DNA from: an uncultured Candidatus Binatia bacterium
Lineage (GTDB): Bacteria > Desulfobacterota > Binatia > Bin18
Length of the DNA: 64,000 bases
Direction of reading: 5' to 3'
Assembly (NCBI GenBank): GCA_965200965.1
Contig: OZ241744.1
Location: 192,001-256,000 of the forward strand
Shown: in pieces, positions 39,725 through 49,741 of the stretch
Layout of the letters: every line of letters starts with the position of its first letter
How positions within the stretch are numbered: position 1 is the stretch's first letter
Notes under the pieces: model-generated
What the model saw: the letters and a program-made list of their open reading frames with translations, nothing else
What the model was told of the DNA's origin: nothing
Database searches by the model: none
Made by a program: the position numbers and the translations under genes

Positions 39725-40240
39725 ATGCTTGACCTCAAAGCTTATATCCGCAGCATCCCGGATTTTCCCAAACCGGGTATTGTGTTCCGTGACATCACCC
39801 CCCTGCTGGCCAACGGTTCAGCTTGGCGGGCGTGTATTGATCGCTTGGCCGAGCGCTATCAGAACCGGGTTGATACGGTCGTGGGGATAGAGGCGCGCGG
39901 CTTCCTGGTCAGCACCGCGCTCGCCTATAGCCTGGGCTGCGGCCTGGCACTGGTGCGCAAGCCCGACAAGCTGCCGGCGGCAACATTTGCGGCCAACTAT
40001 GAGTTGGAATACGGCACCGACCGCTTAGAGATCCACCAGGACGCGTTTACGTCCGGCAGTCGCGTCGTGCTGGTTGACGATCTGTTGGCCACCGGCGGCA
40101 CAGCCCGGGCTGCGCTGCAACTCATCCGTCAACTCCGCGGCGAGGTGATAGAAGTCGCCTTTCTGGTTGAACTGGCCACTTTGGGTGGCCGTCAGCATCT
40201 CGCCCCGCATGAGGTGTTTGCGCTGATGGAGTTCAATTAG
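39725..40240 (+). CDS. apt: Adenine phosphoribosyltransferase
   Basis: PDFPKPGIVFRDITP and VDDLLATGGT motifs. Confidence 0.97.
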   Translation: MLDLKAYIRSIPDFPKPGIVFRDITPLLANGSAWRACIDRLAERYQNRVDTVVGIEARGFLVSTALAYSLGCGLALVRKPDKLPAATFAANYELEYGTDRLEIHQDAFTSGSRVVLVDDLLATGGTARAALQLIRQLRGEVIEVAFLVELATLGGRQHLAPHEVFALMEFN

Positions 40241-41217
40241 CCGGTCCGCCCGCGACGCTCTGCCCGATCCTCCACCAAGCGGGCGCGCAGCGCCGCAATG
40301 TGGCCCGGCGTGGTCCGACAACAACCGCCGATCAGCGCCGCTCCGGCTTGCCGCCAAGTCCGAGCCGCGGCCGCAAAGTCAACCTCCAGGAGCGACGCGC
40401 CCCACCGTCGAGTCTGCCTGTCATAGCCCTGGGCACAGTTGGGGTAGACGATAAGCGGTTTGGCAGTGACCCCGCGGAGCGTCTCAAGCAGGGGCAAAAC
40501 AGCGCTTGGGGAGGAGCAGTTTACGCCCAGCGCGACCACCTGGGGAAGGTCAACAAACGGGGCCAGGGCTTCCGCCAGCGGCGTGCCGTCACTGAGGTGG
40601 CGTCCATCCCGACAGCTAAAGCTGACCCAGGCCGGGCGGCCGGGCGTTTCGCACAGCAGGCCGGCCAGCGCCCGCGCCTCAAGCACGCAGGGAATCGTCT
40701 CGCAGGCCAGCAGGTCGGCCCGACTAGCAGCCAACACCGACCAGCGTGGCCGATGAAAATCGAGTAGTTCGTTCTCGCTCAGGCCGTACCTGCCGGTGTA
40801 CTCAGACCCGTCGGCCCGATAGGCACCGCAGGGGCCGATACTGGCCGCAACCAGCGGTCGCAGGCGGCCGGGTCGATTGTCGGCCTTGGACCAAAACGCC
40901 TCGCGCGCGTTCAGGGCCAACTCGACCGATGTGCGGAGCAGCGCGACGGCGTGGCTGTGGCTATAGCCATGCTCCACAAAGCCGGGCAGGCTGGCCTGAT
41001 AACCGGCCGTGATGATGCAGTCGGCACCGGCCGCCAAGTAGTCGGCATGGACCTGTTGAATAGCCTCGGGCGCGGTGTCTAACAGGCGGGCCGACCACAG
41101 CCCATCAATGAGTTGATGGCCGCGCGCTTCAAGTTCGGTTGCCAGCCCACCGTCGATAATCAGGACGCCGTTGCGGGCCAAAAAGGGCGTCAGCAGTGAG
41201 TCTGGAGGGGAAGGCAC
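40237..41217 (-). CDS. mmuM: Homocysteine S-methyltransferase
   Basis: DGGLATELE, DGSEY, GVNC and GGCC zinc ligands. Confidence 0.93.
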   Translation of the reverse strand: MPSPPDSLLTPFLARNGVLIIDGGLATELEARGHQLIDGLWSARLLDTAPEAIQQVHADYLAAGADCIITAGYQASLPGFVEHGYSHSHAVALLRTSVELALNAREAFWSKADNRPGRLRPLVAASIGPCGAYRADGSEYTGRYGLSENELLDFHRPRWSVLAASRADLLACETIPCVLEARALAGLLCETPGRPAWVSFSCRDGRHLSDGTPLAEALAPFVDLPQVVALGVNCSSPSAVLPLLETLRGVTAKPLIVYPNCAQGYDRQTRRWGASLLEVDFAAAARTWRQAGAALIGGCCRTTPGHIAALRARLVEDRAERRGRTG

Positions 41218-41348
41218 GGATGACCTGAACAGTGCTGGACAGAATTTGAAGCCCTACACGCTGAGGGTCTGGATCCCTCGCCGGGTTCTTCGTATCATAG
41301 CCGGGCGTCACCCACAACGGATGAAGGGCTGTCTGTCATGACGGGCGG

Positions 41349-41552
41349 GTGGTGAAGGCTCTGGCCGACGGGGTGCTTGTCATGGACCGGGGCCGTAGTG
41401 TGGAACGCGGCCCAGCCGACAAGGTCCTGACCCGTCCCCAGTACGCCTGCACCGAGCGGCTCGTGGCCGCTGTTCCCCAACTTGACCCGGGTTTGGCTGA
41501 CCGGGATGATGGCCGACCGCTCGAGTGCATGAATCACCCCCAGAAAGGATAG
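41349..41552 (+). pseudogene. C-terminal fragment of a peptide/nickel ABC transporter ATPase
   Basis: ADGVLVMDRGRSVERGPADKVLTRPQYACTERLVAAVP matches the OppD/F C-terminus; no Walker motifs upstream. Confidence 0.7.
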
Positions 41553-41562
41553 GCGCTCGACT

Positions 41563-42426
41563 GTGGCCTACTTCCTCCTCATCGCTGTCGTCAGCCTGTG
41601 GGCCGGGAATTTCCCGGCCGGAAAGTTTGCCCTGACCCTGGTCGGAACCTTCACCCTGATGGCTATCCGGACAATATTCGGTGCCCTGGCCCTCAATCTC
41701 TTGGGCCGTCAGTCAAACCCGGACTGGTGGCGTGAAATCCGTACAGACCCCAAGAGCAGTCTCATCATGGCCTGCACCGGGGTCCTGGCTTCGGGCGGGC
41801 TGTTCTATGCCGGGCTGAAGATGACGTCGTCGTCCAACGCTGGCATCCTGGCCGCGGCCACGCCGATCTGGGTGACCCTGCTGTCGTGGCTGTTTTTGAG
41901 GGAGAAACTCAGCCTGCTCAATGGTGCCGGAGTCGTCCTGTCCTGGGTCGGCTTGGTAGCCATCATATGTCAAGGTTCGCTAGCCAATCTGCTCCGACGC
42001 TCGTTCAACTGGGGCGACATGCTGATTCTGGTCGGCCAGATCAACTGGGCGGTGTATACCGTCTATAGCCGGGTTGCCCTGCGCCAGCGCTCGCCTACCG
42101 CGGCGACGGCCAGCGCCTACCTAGTCAGCGCGGTCGCCCTGCTCCCGGTCTTTTTCTTTGAGGAGCCCGTACAACCGGCCTTTGAGTTCAGTCCGATTTT
42201 GCTCGTCGCCGTCGCCTATTTGTGTGTCCTGTCGCCCCTGACCAATCTGTTATACTATCAAGCCCTGACGCATATCAGTCCCCATCGGGCGGCCGTGTTC
42301 ATGAACCTCATTCCGATCATCGTGCTGGTGTTTTCTGCCGTTTTTCTTGGCGAGCAGATCACCGCTGTGCATGTGTGGGGAACCCTCTTCGTGATTGGCG
42401 GGGTACTGATGACGACCCAACGCTGA
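41563..42426 (+). CDS. DMT/EamA family transporter
   Basis: About 10 TM, two EamA halves (LWAGNF, FLREK, FLGE). Confidence 0.92.
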   Translation: MAYFLLIAVVSLWAGNFPAGKFALTLVGTFTLMAIRTIFGALALNLLGRQSNPDWWREIRTDPKSSLIMACTGVLASGGLFYAGLKMTSSSNAGILAAATPIWVTLLSWLFLREKLSLLNGAGVVLSWVGLVAIICQGSLANLLRRSFNWGDMLILVGQINWAVYTVYSRVALRQRSPTAATASAYLVSAVALLPVFFFEEPVQPAFEFSPILLVAVAYLCVLSPLTNLLYYQALTHISPHRAAVFMNLIPIIVLVFSAVFLGEQITAVHVWGTLFVIGGVLMTTQR

Positions 42427-42513
42427 GCTGCGTCGCCGTTTTCCCGATTGATTTCTTCTTCCTGCTGAGATATCTGGCTGGGGTGACGACCGACCGTCTT
42501 GTCCGAGGAAGCC

Positions 42514-43155
42514 ATGCAGGAACCGTCCCGCGCTGTTGAGCTCAGCCACAAGACGCGGCCGGGAAAGACGACCCGGACGCGCCTGATCAAAGGCACAGCC
42601 ATATTCTTGCTGTTCGTCTTTGCTACCTCCGCCCTCCAGGGCAACTTGGCGAGCGCTCTGGTGTGGATGAGCGGCGGGCTTGGTATCTGGATTGTGTGGA
42701 AGAGCTACACCCGCCAGCGTGAGCGGAGCGAGCGGCTGCACGAACTCGACATCATGTCGGACGCCGCGTTTTCCCGCCACGCGGCCGAGCTGTTGCGGGC
42801 CCAGGGCTATGCGGTCACTCCGCTGGTCCGCTCTCGTCCGCCGGGGGCCGATTTCCTGTTGACCCGGGGCGCTGAACGGCGGCTGGGGCGGGTGTGCCGA
42901 CACCCCCGACCGCTCACAGACACGGTGGTCATTGAGGCACTGACCGCTGGCCACGCCCAGGGCTGTGACGGCGTGCTGGTCCTGGCCAACCAGCCGTTCA
43001 GCCTCCGCGCCCGGACGCTGGCCCGACGTGAGGGTTGTGTCCTGATCGATCGTGAGACCCTGGCCACGCTGGTCAGTCAGTATCGCCAGGGCCACCGGGT
43101 ATTGGCCTTTCAGTCTCTCCACCAGGGCCGCGGCCGGCGTCGGAGACACCCCTGA
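42514..43155 (+). CDS. Membrane-anchored Mrr_cat-like (restriction endonuclease fold) protein, degenerate active site
   Basis: Two TMs then MS...F....ELL..QGY...GADF...FS..A..LA...VLIDR. The usual QxK is replaced by RVCR. Confidence 0.72.
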   Translation: MQEPSRAVELSHKTRPGKTTRTRLIKGTAIFLLFVFATSALQGNLASALVWMSGGLGIWIVWKSYTRQRERSERLHELDIMSDAAFSRHAAELLRAQGYAVTPLVRSRPPGADFLLTRGAERRLGRVCRHPRPLTDTVVIEALTAGHAQGCDGVLVLANQPFSLRARTLARREGCVLIDRETLATLVSQYRQGHRVLAFQSLHQGRGRRRRHP

Positions 43156-43175
43156 GCGGCGCGGAGAGAGGCCAG

Positions 43176-43718
43176 ATGCTCACCTTCGTTACTGCCAATG
43201 CCGCCAAAGCCGCCGAGCTTGAACGCCTGCTCGGTCGGGCGGTGGCCCACCAGCCGCTCCACCTGGACGAAATACAGGCCGTTGAGCTCGAGCCGGTCGT
43301 ACGGCATAAAGCCGCCCAGGCCTACAGCGCTCTCCGCCGTCCGGTCCTGGTTGAGGATACCGGCTTGGCCTTTGCAGCCTGGAACGGCCTGCCTGGTGCC
43401 CTCATCGCCTGGTTTGTGCGCGGTCTGGGCAACGAGGGCCTGTGTCGCCTGCTGGACAGCCACCGTGCGGCAACCGCGACAACTCTGTTCGGCTACCACG
43501 ATGGAAGCGCCTGCCAAGTGTTTGCCGGCAGCGTCTCGGGCACTATTGTCGCCTCCCCGCGCGGCAGGCACGGCTTTGACTGGGACGCGATCTTTCAACC
43601 CTGTGGCAGCGCCCACACCTTTGCCGAGTTGAGCGCTGCGGACAAAGACCGCTTTTCGATGCGACGGCTGGCCCTGGAGCAGATGCTCCGTTCAGGACTG
43701 GTGTCGGACTGCGCTTGA
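43176..43718 (+). CDS. Non-canonical purine NTP pyrophosphatase (Ham1/ITPase family)
   Basis: FVTAN..K..E, VEDTGL, GLPG, GFDWDAIF and SMRRLAL motifs. Confidence 0.92.
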   Translation: MLTFVTANAAKAAELERLLGRAVAHQPLHLDEIQAVELEPVVRHKAAQAYSALRRPVLVEDTGLAFAAWNGLPGALIAWFVRGLGNEGLCRLLDSHRAATATTLFGYHDGSACQVFAGSVSGTIVASPRGRHGFDWDAIFQPCGSAHTFAELSAADKDRFSMRRLALEQMLRSGLVSDCA

Positions 43719-43723
43719 GTCGC

Positions 43724-44758
43724 ATGGCCCACGCCTCTTCCCAACTCCTGTCCGAGATGTTGCCCCGGGTCAGTCGCTCCTTCTCTCTGAGCCTGCGTAT
43801 CCTGCCGCCCAGCCTGCGCCCAGCGCTGGGCCTGGCCTACCTGTTCTGCCGCGCCGCGGATACGATCGCCGATACCGCGCTGCTGCCCCCAAGCCAACGC
43901 CTGGAGCAGCTTGAGCGCTATCGTCTGGCTTTTTCTCAGGACGATTTCAGCCTGCTGTCGGCCCTTCAGCACCAAGTGGGAGAGCGCCAGCACGGCGCTG
44001 CCGAGCGCGAGTTGCTGCTGAGCCTCGGGGCCTGCTTTGATCTGTTGTCCGGGCTTGGAGCAGACGATCAAGGCCGGATTCGTGAGCTGGTTCTAACCCT
44101 CACCCACGGCATGCAGATGGACCTCACGGTCTTTCCGGCTGAAGATGAGGCGGGCGGCCGCGTGGCCGCGCTCGGCTCCCGGCGCGATCTCGACCGGTAC
44201 ACCTATTATGTAGCCGGCTGTGTCGGCGAGTTCTGGACCAAGACCGCGGTCGCCCACCGTCCGGCCCTGCGCACTTGGCCGCTTGCGGTCATGGCCGAGT
44301 GCGGCGTCCGCTTTGGCAAAGGCTTGCAGTTGACCAACATCTTGCGCGACCTGGCCCACGACCTGCGTCTGGGTCGGTGTTATCTACCCCACGAAGACCT
44401 GGACCGGCTGGGGGTGAGACCCGAGGACTTACTCAAGCCGGCCAGTCTCAGCCGGATACAGCCCTTGCTTGACGAGTTGCTCGACCTGACCCTGGCCCAC
44501 TATCAGGCCGGTTGGCGCTACACCCTGGCGATTCCGCGGCGAGAATGGCACCTCCGCTTGGCCTCCGCCTGGCCGCTGCTGATCGGCGGCTCGACCCTCA
44601 GCCGCCTGCGAGGGTCGTGTCGGCTGCTTGACCCCGCCGTCCGGCTCAAAATCACACGCTCCCAGGTGTACGGGATCGTGCTGCGCTCCCTCCTCGGGGT
44701 ATGGTCCAACCGCGCCCTGCGACACCAGTACACCCGCCTCCGCGACAGACACCGCTGA
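43724..44758 (+). CDS. Squalene/phytoene synthase family (FDFT1-like)
   Basis: VSRSF, RAADTIAD, YYVAGCVG and GLQLTNILRD motifs. Confidence 0.9.
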   Translation: MAHASSQLLSEMLPRVSRSFSLSLRILPPSLRPALGLAYLFCRAADTIADTALLPPSQRLEQLERYRLAFSQDDFSLLSALQHQVGERQHGAAERELLLSLGACFDLLSGLGADDQGRIRELVLTLTHGMQMDLTVFPAEDEAGGRVAALGSRRDLDRYTYYVAGCVGEFWTKTAVAHRPALRTWPLAVMAECGVRFGKGLQLTNILRDLAHDLRLGRCYLPHEDLDRLGVRPEDLLKPASLSRIQPLLDELLDLTLAHYQAGWRYTLAIPRREWHLRLASAWPLLIGGSTLSRLRGSCRLLDPAVRLKITRSQVYGIVLRSLLGVWSNRALRHQYTRLRDRHR

Positions 44759-44930
44759 GGGTCACGATAGCACCACCCCCGCAAGTACCCCGCACCTTGC
44801 CCGACTATTTACCCAACACAACAATCTTGCTAGCGTTCTGGGTGCCTTGAATCCGGGCCTCTACTCGGTCGTTCTCAACCTCACGTCTCTGCTATGCGGG
44901 GGCCGGAGCAAGGCGAGTTCTGGAGGAATT

Positions 44931-45725
44931 ATGTCATATCATCGAGCGCTATGTGTTGTGACAGGTGTCGCCGGGCTGGTGTGGACAAGTTGCACCCCAA
45001 CCATGCCGCCCCGGACGCGGACAGTCTCGGCCCCACAGCTGAGCTGTGAGCAGGCCAACCGCCTGGCCTACCGGGCGGTCCAGATCCTCGGCCATCCGGT
45101 GGAGTCGGTCTCGGTTGCCACCCCCGGCTCACCCGGCCATATTGTCGCCGGCAAGAATACCGAGGCGCGCCAGGGCGAGGGCGGCAGAGTCACCATCACC
45201 TGCGGGGCCAACGGGGCCACTGTCGTGCCCGAACGGGGCGGGGTGGCGGTCCCGTCGCTGATCGGTGCGGCGGAACGGCCCGGCGGCTTTCATAACAATT
45301 TTGCCCGGACCTTTGGCATCCTGGCCACCAACCAGGAGGCGCATGCGCAGCAAGGCCCCAAGGGCGGGCTGAATATGACCCTGAGGCCCTTTGACGGCTT
45401 TGAGTCACAGATTGAACTCGGCGCAGACCTGCCGGCCAGCGGTATCCTGCCGGTCAAGGTTGAAATCCACAACAACACCCCACGCCCGTATGGGATCGAG
45501 TTGGACAAGGTCTATCTGCGGGCTGCCGGCGGGGGGCGGGTCACGCCGGTGGCCGCGCCGCCGGCCGGCCAGGTCAAGGCCCTGCACGTCGATACCCTTC
45601 AGCCGGGCCAGCAGGTGAGCGGCTTTCTGTTCTATCCGATGGGGGCCTACAGTTCGGCCAGTACGATCCTGATTGACAAAGAGAATAACGAGCGCGAAGG
45701 CTTCTCGATTCAGTTTGAGCAGTAG
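44931..45725 (+). CDS. Hypothetical lipoprotein
   Basis: GGAGG RBS; signal ending LVWTS-C. Confidence 0.7.
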   Translation: MSYHRALCVVTGVAGLVWTSCTPTMPPRTRTVSAPQLSCEQANRLAYRAVQILGHPVESVSVATPGSPGHIVAGKNTEARQGEGGRVTITCGANGATVVPERGGVAVPSLIGAAERPGGFHNNFARTFGILATNQEAHAQQGPKGGLNMTLRPFDGFESQIELGADLPASGILPVKVEIHNNTPRPYGIELDKVYLRAAGGGRVTPVAAPPAGQVKALHVDTLQPGQQVSGFLFYPMGAYSSASTILIDKENNEREGFSIQFEQ

Positions 45726-45731
45726 CCCCTG

Positions 45732-45992
45732 CTAGAGCAGCTTCACCACGGCGGCGATCAGGCTGACTGCGACCACCATCATACTCCCCAGGCGCGGGCT
45801 GAGACGGTATTCCAGGTCTTTCAGGCTTCGCTCCAGGTCGTCTGTGGTGACAAGCCGGTCAGTGACCAATTCAGAAATGGCTTGGGCCTGGACCTCAGCC
45901 TGCTCTTCGGGCATACCGACAGGCGTGGATTTTTTCACAGAGGCGTGGGTATCAAAGACACTGGCGGAGAGTATAGGCGGACGGCGCGTCAT
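45732..45992 (-). CDS. DUF1640/CCDC90-like small protein (possibly degenerate)
   Basis: FDTHA.VKK...GMPEEQAEV...LVT.DDL plus a C-terminal TM ending VKLL. Confidence 0.65.
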   Translation of the reverse strand: MTRRPPILSASVFDTHASVKKSTPVGMPEEQAEVQAQAISELVTDRLVTTDDLERSLKDLEYRLSPRLGSMMVVAVSLIAAVVKLL

Positions 45993-47180
45993 TCACAATG
46001 GCTTGACCGCTGGCCTGCGTCGCAGCGCGTCCCAGGCCGAGGCCCCGGCCCCCAGCAGACTAATCCCCGCGGCGCACAAAAAGGTGACGGCAAAATTAGT
46101 CGCCTCCAGGACGAGGCCCAGCCCGATGGAGCTCAGGCCGACTCCGACATCAAACGCGCCCATCAGGGTGGCCAGGGCCGGGCCGCGATCGTGGTTGGTT
46201 GAGCGATCGACCACCTGGGCCATGAGTGCCGGCTGTACGCCGCCAAAGCCGAAGCCCTGCAGGACGGCCGCGCTCAGCATCCCGAACCGGCTGCTTGACA
46301 GGGCCAGGGTGGTCATGGCCACGGCCAGCAGCACCATGCCGGGGATAATCACGGTCGGCCGTCCAAAGCGGTCTGACAGCCGGCCGGCAAAGGGCCGTGA
46401 GATTACCACCGCAATGGAATAGACGGTAAAGAACAGGCCCGGGTTGCCGAGCTGGTGGGCCTGGACAAACAGGGGCAGAAAGGACACCACCGTGCCAAAG
46501 GTCATGGTCATGCAGGCCGCGATCAGGCCCGGAAACAGGGCCGAGCGGCTGAACAGGGGCGGGCGGGCGGTGGGGGCGTGGGGCGAGGCCGGAGGGCGGT
46601 GGGGTTCGCGCAGCAGCAGGGTGAGCAGGAAGCTGGCCAGGGCTAGGCCCGAGGCCAGCCAGAACAGCTTGATAAAGCCGATCGTGCCGACCAGATAGGC
46701 ACCGAGGGCCGGGCCGATGGTCATCGACAAGTTCAGCGCCATGCCGTAATAGCCCATGGCTTCGCCCCGCCGGGAGGGCGGGGACAGGTCGGCCACAAAC
46801 ACGCTGGAGGCGGTGGTGTAGATGGCGATGCCGATGCCGTGAAAAAAGCGCAGCCCCAGCATGACCGACACCGAGCCGACCAGGGTGTACAGGGCCGGAG
46901 CCAGGAAGTAGATGCAGGTGCCGAGGCTCAGCCCGCTTTTGCGGCTCCACACGGAAACCAGCTGGCCCGACAGGGGCCGGGTCAGGACCGCGGAGATGGC
47001 AAACGCGCCCATAATCATGCCGACCTGGGATTCCGCCCCGCGCAATTCCTGGACGACGAACAGCGGCAGCACCGCAAACAGCAGGAACATGCTGCCCGAA
47101 AACAGAAACGCGCCTACGCACAGCAGTACATAATTGCGGGTGAACAGGGTAGCTTGGGGGGTCGGGTCCTGGGCTGACAT
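45993..47180 (-). CDS. MFS transporter
   Basis: About 12 TM; GRLSDRFGR motif. Confidence 0.92.
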   Translation of the reverse strand: MSAQDPTPQATLFTRNYVLLCVGAFLFSGSMFLLFAVLPLFVVQELRGAESQVGMIMGAFAISAVLTRPLSGQLVSVWSRKSGLSLGTCIYFLAPALYTLVGSVSVMLGLRFFHGIGIAIYTTASSVFVADLSPPSRRGEAMGYYGMALNLSMTIGPALGAYLVGTIGFIKLFWLASGLALASFLLTLLLREPHRPPASPHAPTARPPLFSRSALFPGLIAACMTMTFGTVVSFLPLFVQAHQLGNPGLFFTVYSIAVVISRPFAGRLSDRFGRPTVIIPGMVLLAVAMTTLALSSSRFGMLSAAVLQGFGFGGVQPALMAQVVDRSTNHDRGPALATLMGAFDVGVGLSSIGLGLVLEATNFAVTFLCAAGISLLGAGASAWDALRRRPAVKPL

Positions 47181-47183
47181 CTC

Positions 47184-49073
47184 TCAGGCTGCCCGTTTCC
47201 CAGCCCCATGTGCAGCCCAGTTGGCCGGCCGGCTGGGCGTGGTCGGCGGCTCCAGACCGGTCTCGTGTTTGCAACGGGCCAGCAGCTCGGGCAGCGGAGG
47301 ACCGAAGTCAAAGGTTTGGAGTTCGCCCCGCTGCTGGGCCAGCTGTTGTCGCAGCCGCCGGGTGGCGTCGTGATCGACCTGGCCGGTGTCTGGCGCGAGG
47401 ACGATGCCGTACTCGCGCCGAGCTTTGTCAGCGGATACCAGCCCGCGCACTACGTCAAGGCGGACTGTCTCGGCCTGTCGTTGCAGCGGGTCTCCCCAGC
47501 CCCCGCCGCCGGCAGTCTGGTAGATCAATTGGTCACCGGGCGCAACCTTGATCTGGTCGCACTTGGAGGGCAGGACTTCTTGGCTGCCGCTGGCGCGCAT
47601 CAGAATTTTTTTGGACCGCATGCCAGGCTTGCCGCCCAGGATACCCCACGGCGGGGTCAGCCAGCGGTCGTCGTGAATGGCGATCTCGCCCGGCTCCAGA
47701 AAGGTATACCATTTGTCAATGCCGTTGCCCCCGCGGTGCAGACCGGCCCCGCCCGAGTCCGTCACCGAGGCATAACGATCAACCCGCAGTGGGCAGTAGC
47801 TCTCCAGATACTCGGTCGGGATGTTGGTGAACAGCGGCCACCACGAATGGCCGTCAAGGCCGTCGCCGATGGGCCGGCCGGGGATGCCGCCGTAGCCGAT
47901 CTCCATGATGAAGAAGAACTCCCCCTTGTTGTCGGTGCCGCTGTAGAGCAGGTGGGGACTGGTGCCGTAGCCGGCCGCGGTGGTCAGCTCGGGGCTTTTC
48001 TGGCCGAGGCAGCCGCTCATCACGTCAAACAGCCGGGCCAGGGTGTGGGTACGGCAGCCGAGCGGGGCCGGGAAGGTGGGGTGGAGCAGGGAGCCGTCGG
48101 GCAGCCGGGCCTCGATCAGGTCGTAGAAGCCATCGTTGAACAGAATCTGGGGGTCATAGACCATAATCAGGTAGACGCCGATGAACATCTTGAACATGCC
48201 TTCGTTCAGGTAGAAGTTGATCGGCCCCGCGGCTTGGGGGTCTGTCCCGGTCCAGTCAAAAACCGCCCGGTCGCCCTCGCGCCAGATGGTGAGTTTCATT
48301 TTGAACGGACCGTTGCCCAGCCCGTCGTCGTCAACATAGTCCTCAAAGGACTGCGGCTCGGTTGAGATATTGCGCCTGATGAGTGTCTGCATGGCCCGCC
48401 GGGTGCGGTCAAGGAGAGCTTGGCAGGCGGCCAGATAGGTGTCGCGGCCAAAGCGCTGGCACAGCTCTTTGATCCGCTGTTCCGCGGTCTTGCAGCCGGC
48501 CACAATCCCCATCAGGTCGGAGCGGTTCATGACCGGGAGGCGCACATTGTTGAGGATCAGGTTCAGGATGTCCTCGTTCAACTCACCCTTCTCAAACAGC
48601 TTGACCGGTGGGATGCGCAGCCCCTCGCCAAAGATCGATGTCGCGTTGGTCGGAAAGGAGCCGGGCAGCGGGCCGCCGACATCCATCTGGTGGCCGAACA
48701 TGGAGGTCCAGCCGATCAACTCGTCGCCGTCAAAGACCGGGACCAGGATCAGAAAGTCGTTGAGGTGTGAGATCGCCCCGCCGCACAGATAGGGGTCGTT
48801 GAGCAGGATGACATCGCCGGGGTAGAGCGGGCGGTCAAAGCGGTCCATCATCTCCCGGATATACGAGCCGAACTGCCCGACGACCATGCGCCCGGTGGGG
48901 TCGCAGATCATGGGAAACTCGTCGTGCTGCTCGCGGATGACGGGCGACATGGCGGTGCGGTACAGCACCGCGTCCATCTCGTAGCGATAGTTCTTGAGCG
49001 CGCTCTCAATGATGTCGAGCGTGACCGGGTCAAGCTCCCGGTCTGGAATAGGGGCGATATTCACGCCGCGCAT
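47184..49073 (-). CDS. hyuB: Hydantoinase B/oxoprolinase family subunit
   Basis: DPVTLDII, NDPY..GG..HLND, GHQMDVGG, EGLRIPP and GGGGWGDP motifs. Confidence 0.93.
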   Translation of the reverse strand: MRGVNIAPIPDRELDPVTLDIIESALKNYRYEMDAVLYRTAMSPVIREQHDEFPMICDPTGRMVVGQFGSYIREMMDRFDRPLYPGDVILLNDPYLCGGAISHLNDFLILVPVFDGDELIGWTSMFGHQMDVGGPLPGSFPTNATSIFGEGLRIPPVKLFEKGELNEDILNLILNNVRLPVMNRSDLMGIVAGCKTAEQRIKELCQRFGRDTYLAACQALLDRTRRAMQTLIRRNISTEPQSFEDYVDDDGLGNGPFKMKLTIWREGDRAVFDWTGTDPQAAGPINFYLNEGMFKMFIGVYLIMVYDPQILFNDGFYDLIEARLPDGSLLHPTFPAPLGCRTHTLARLFDVMSGCLGQKSPELTTAAGYGTSPHLLYSGTDNKGEFFFIMEIGYGGIPGRPIGDGLDGHSWWPLFTNIPTEYLESYCPLRVDRYASVTDSGGAGLHRGGNGIDKWYTFLEPGEIAIHDDRWLTPPWGILGGKPGMRSKKILMRASGSQEVLPSKCDQIKVAPGDQLIYQTAGGGGWGDPLQRQAETVRLDVVRGLVSADKARREYGIVLAPDTGQVDHDATRRLRQQLAQQRGELQTFDFGPPLPELLARCKHETGLEPPTTPSRPANWAAHGAGKRAA

Positions 49074-49127
49074 GGCAGTGCTCCTCTGTGTCTGGCTGTC
49101 CTAGCAGATGGGGCGCGTGGGGGGAAG
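49074..49127. repeat. 54-bp direct repeat, copy 1 (contains the hyuB RBS)
   Basis: ggcagtgctcctctgtgtctggctgtcctagcagatggggcgcgtggggggaag; 51 of 54 bases identical to 51910-51963. Confidence 0.93.
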
Positions 49128-49232
49128 GAAGCGCCGCCTGGCGTCCCTGTATCGCTCAGCATCAGCCGTCTTCAATACAGGGGTTCGTGTTCAGGGCTAT
49201 ACCGGACTCTCCATAGTCTCGGTCCGTTGGCT

Positions 49233-49559
49233 CTAAGCGTCTTTGCCTGCGGTCCGTCGGATCAATTCTTTCAGGGCCATGATGGTTTCTTCATGGCGGT
49301 GCTGCTGGGTGGCCATGCTCTCTTGGTGGCGGTGCTGCTGGGCGGTCATACTCTCTTCATGGCGGTGCTGCTGTAGGGCGTTCTGGGCGTCCCGGCTCGA
49401 ATTGCTCTTGTTCATCATCCGCAGACCCCAGGCGATGAGCAAGCATTGGGACATACCGACTCCCAGGGCGACCCAGTCGCCGGCAGACATCCCGGGGCTG
49501 GCCATCGTCTCCAGGGCGGTGACGGCTCGTTGAGCGAGGGCGAGATATGGTTCATCCAT
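49233..49559 (-). CDS. Small membrane protein with three His-rich 11-aa repeats
   Basis: One TM (WVALGVGMSQCLLIAWGL) then QQHRHEESMTA-type unit x3 (33-bp repeats, about 49275-49373). Confidence 0.72.
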   Translation of the reverse strand: MDEPYLALAQRAVTALETMASPGMSAGDWVALGVGMSQCLLIAWGLRMMNKSNSSRDAQNALQQHRHEESMTAQQHRHQESMATQQHRHEETIMALKELIRRTAGKDA

Positions 49560-49741
49560 GTGGCTGGCTTTCCTCTTGAGGTACACATTTCGTCAAGGCA
49601 GACCGTCCCCCCATGTCCGCAGTCATTTTGATTCCTGGCAATTGAATCCTCTCCGTGGCGAACTGCGTCCGGGATTTTTGCATCCTGGAGGCTGCTCATA
49701 ACCGCTCTGTACGGCACGGTATTGCAGTCAGGAGAAGCCCG

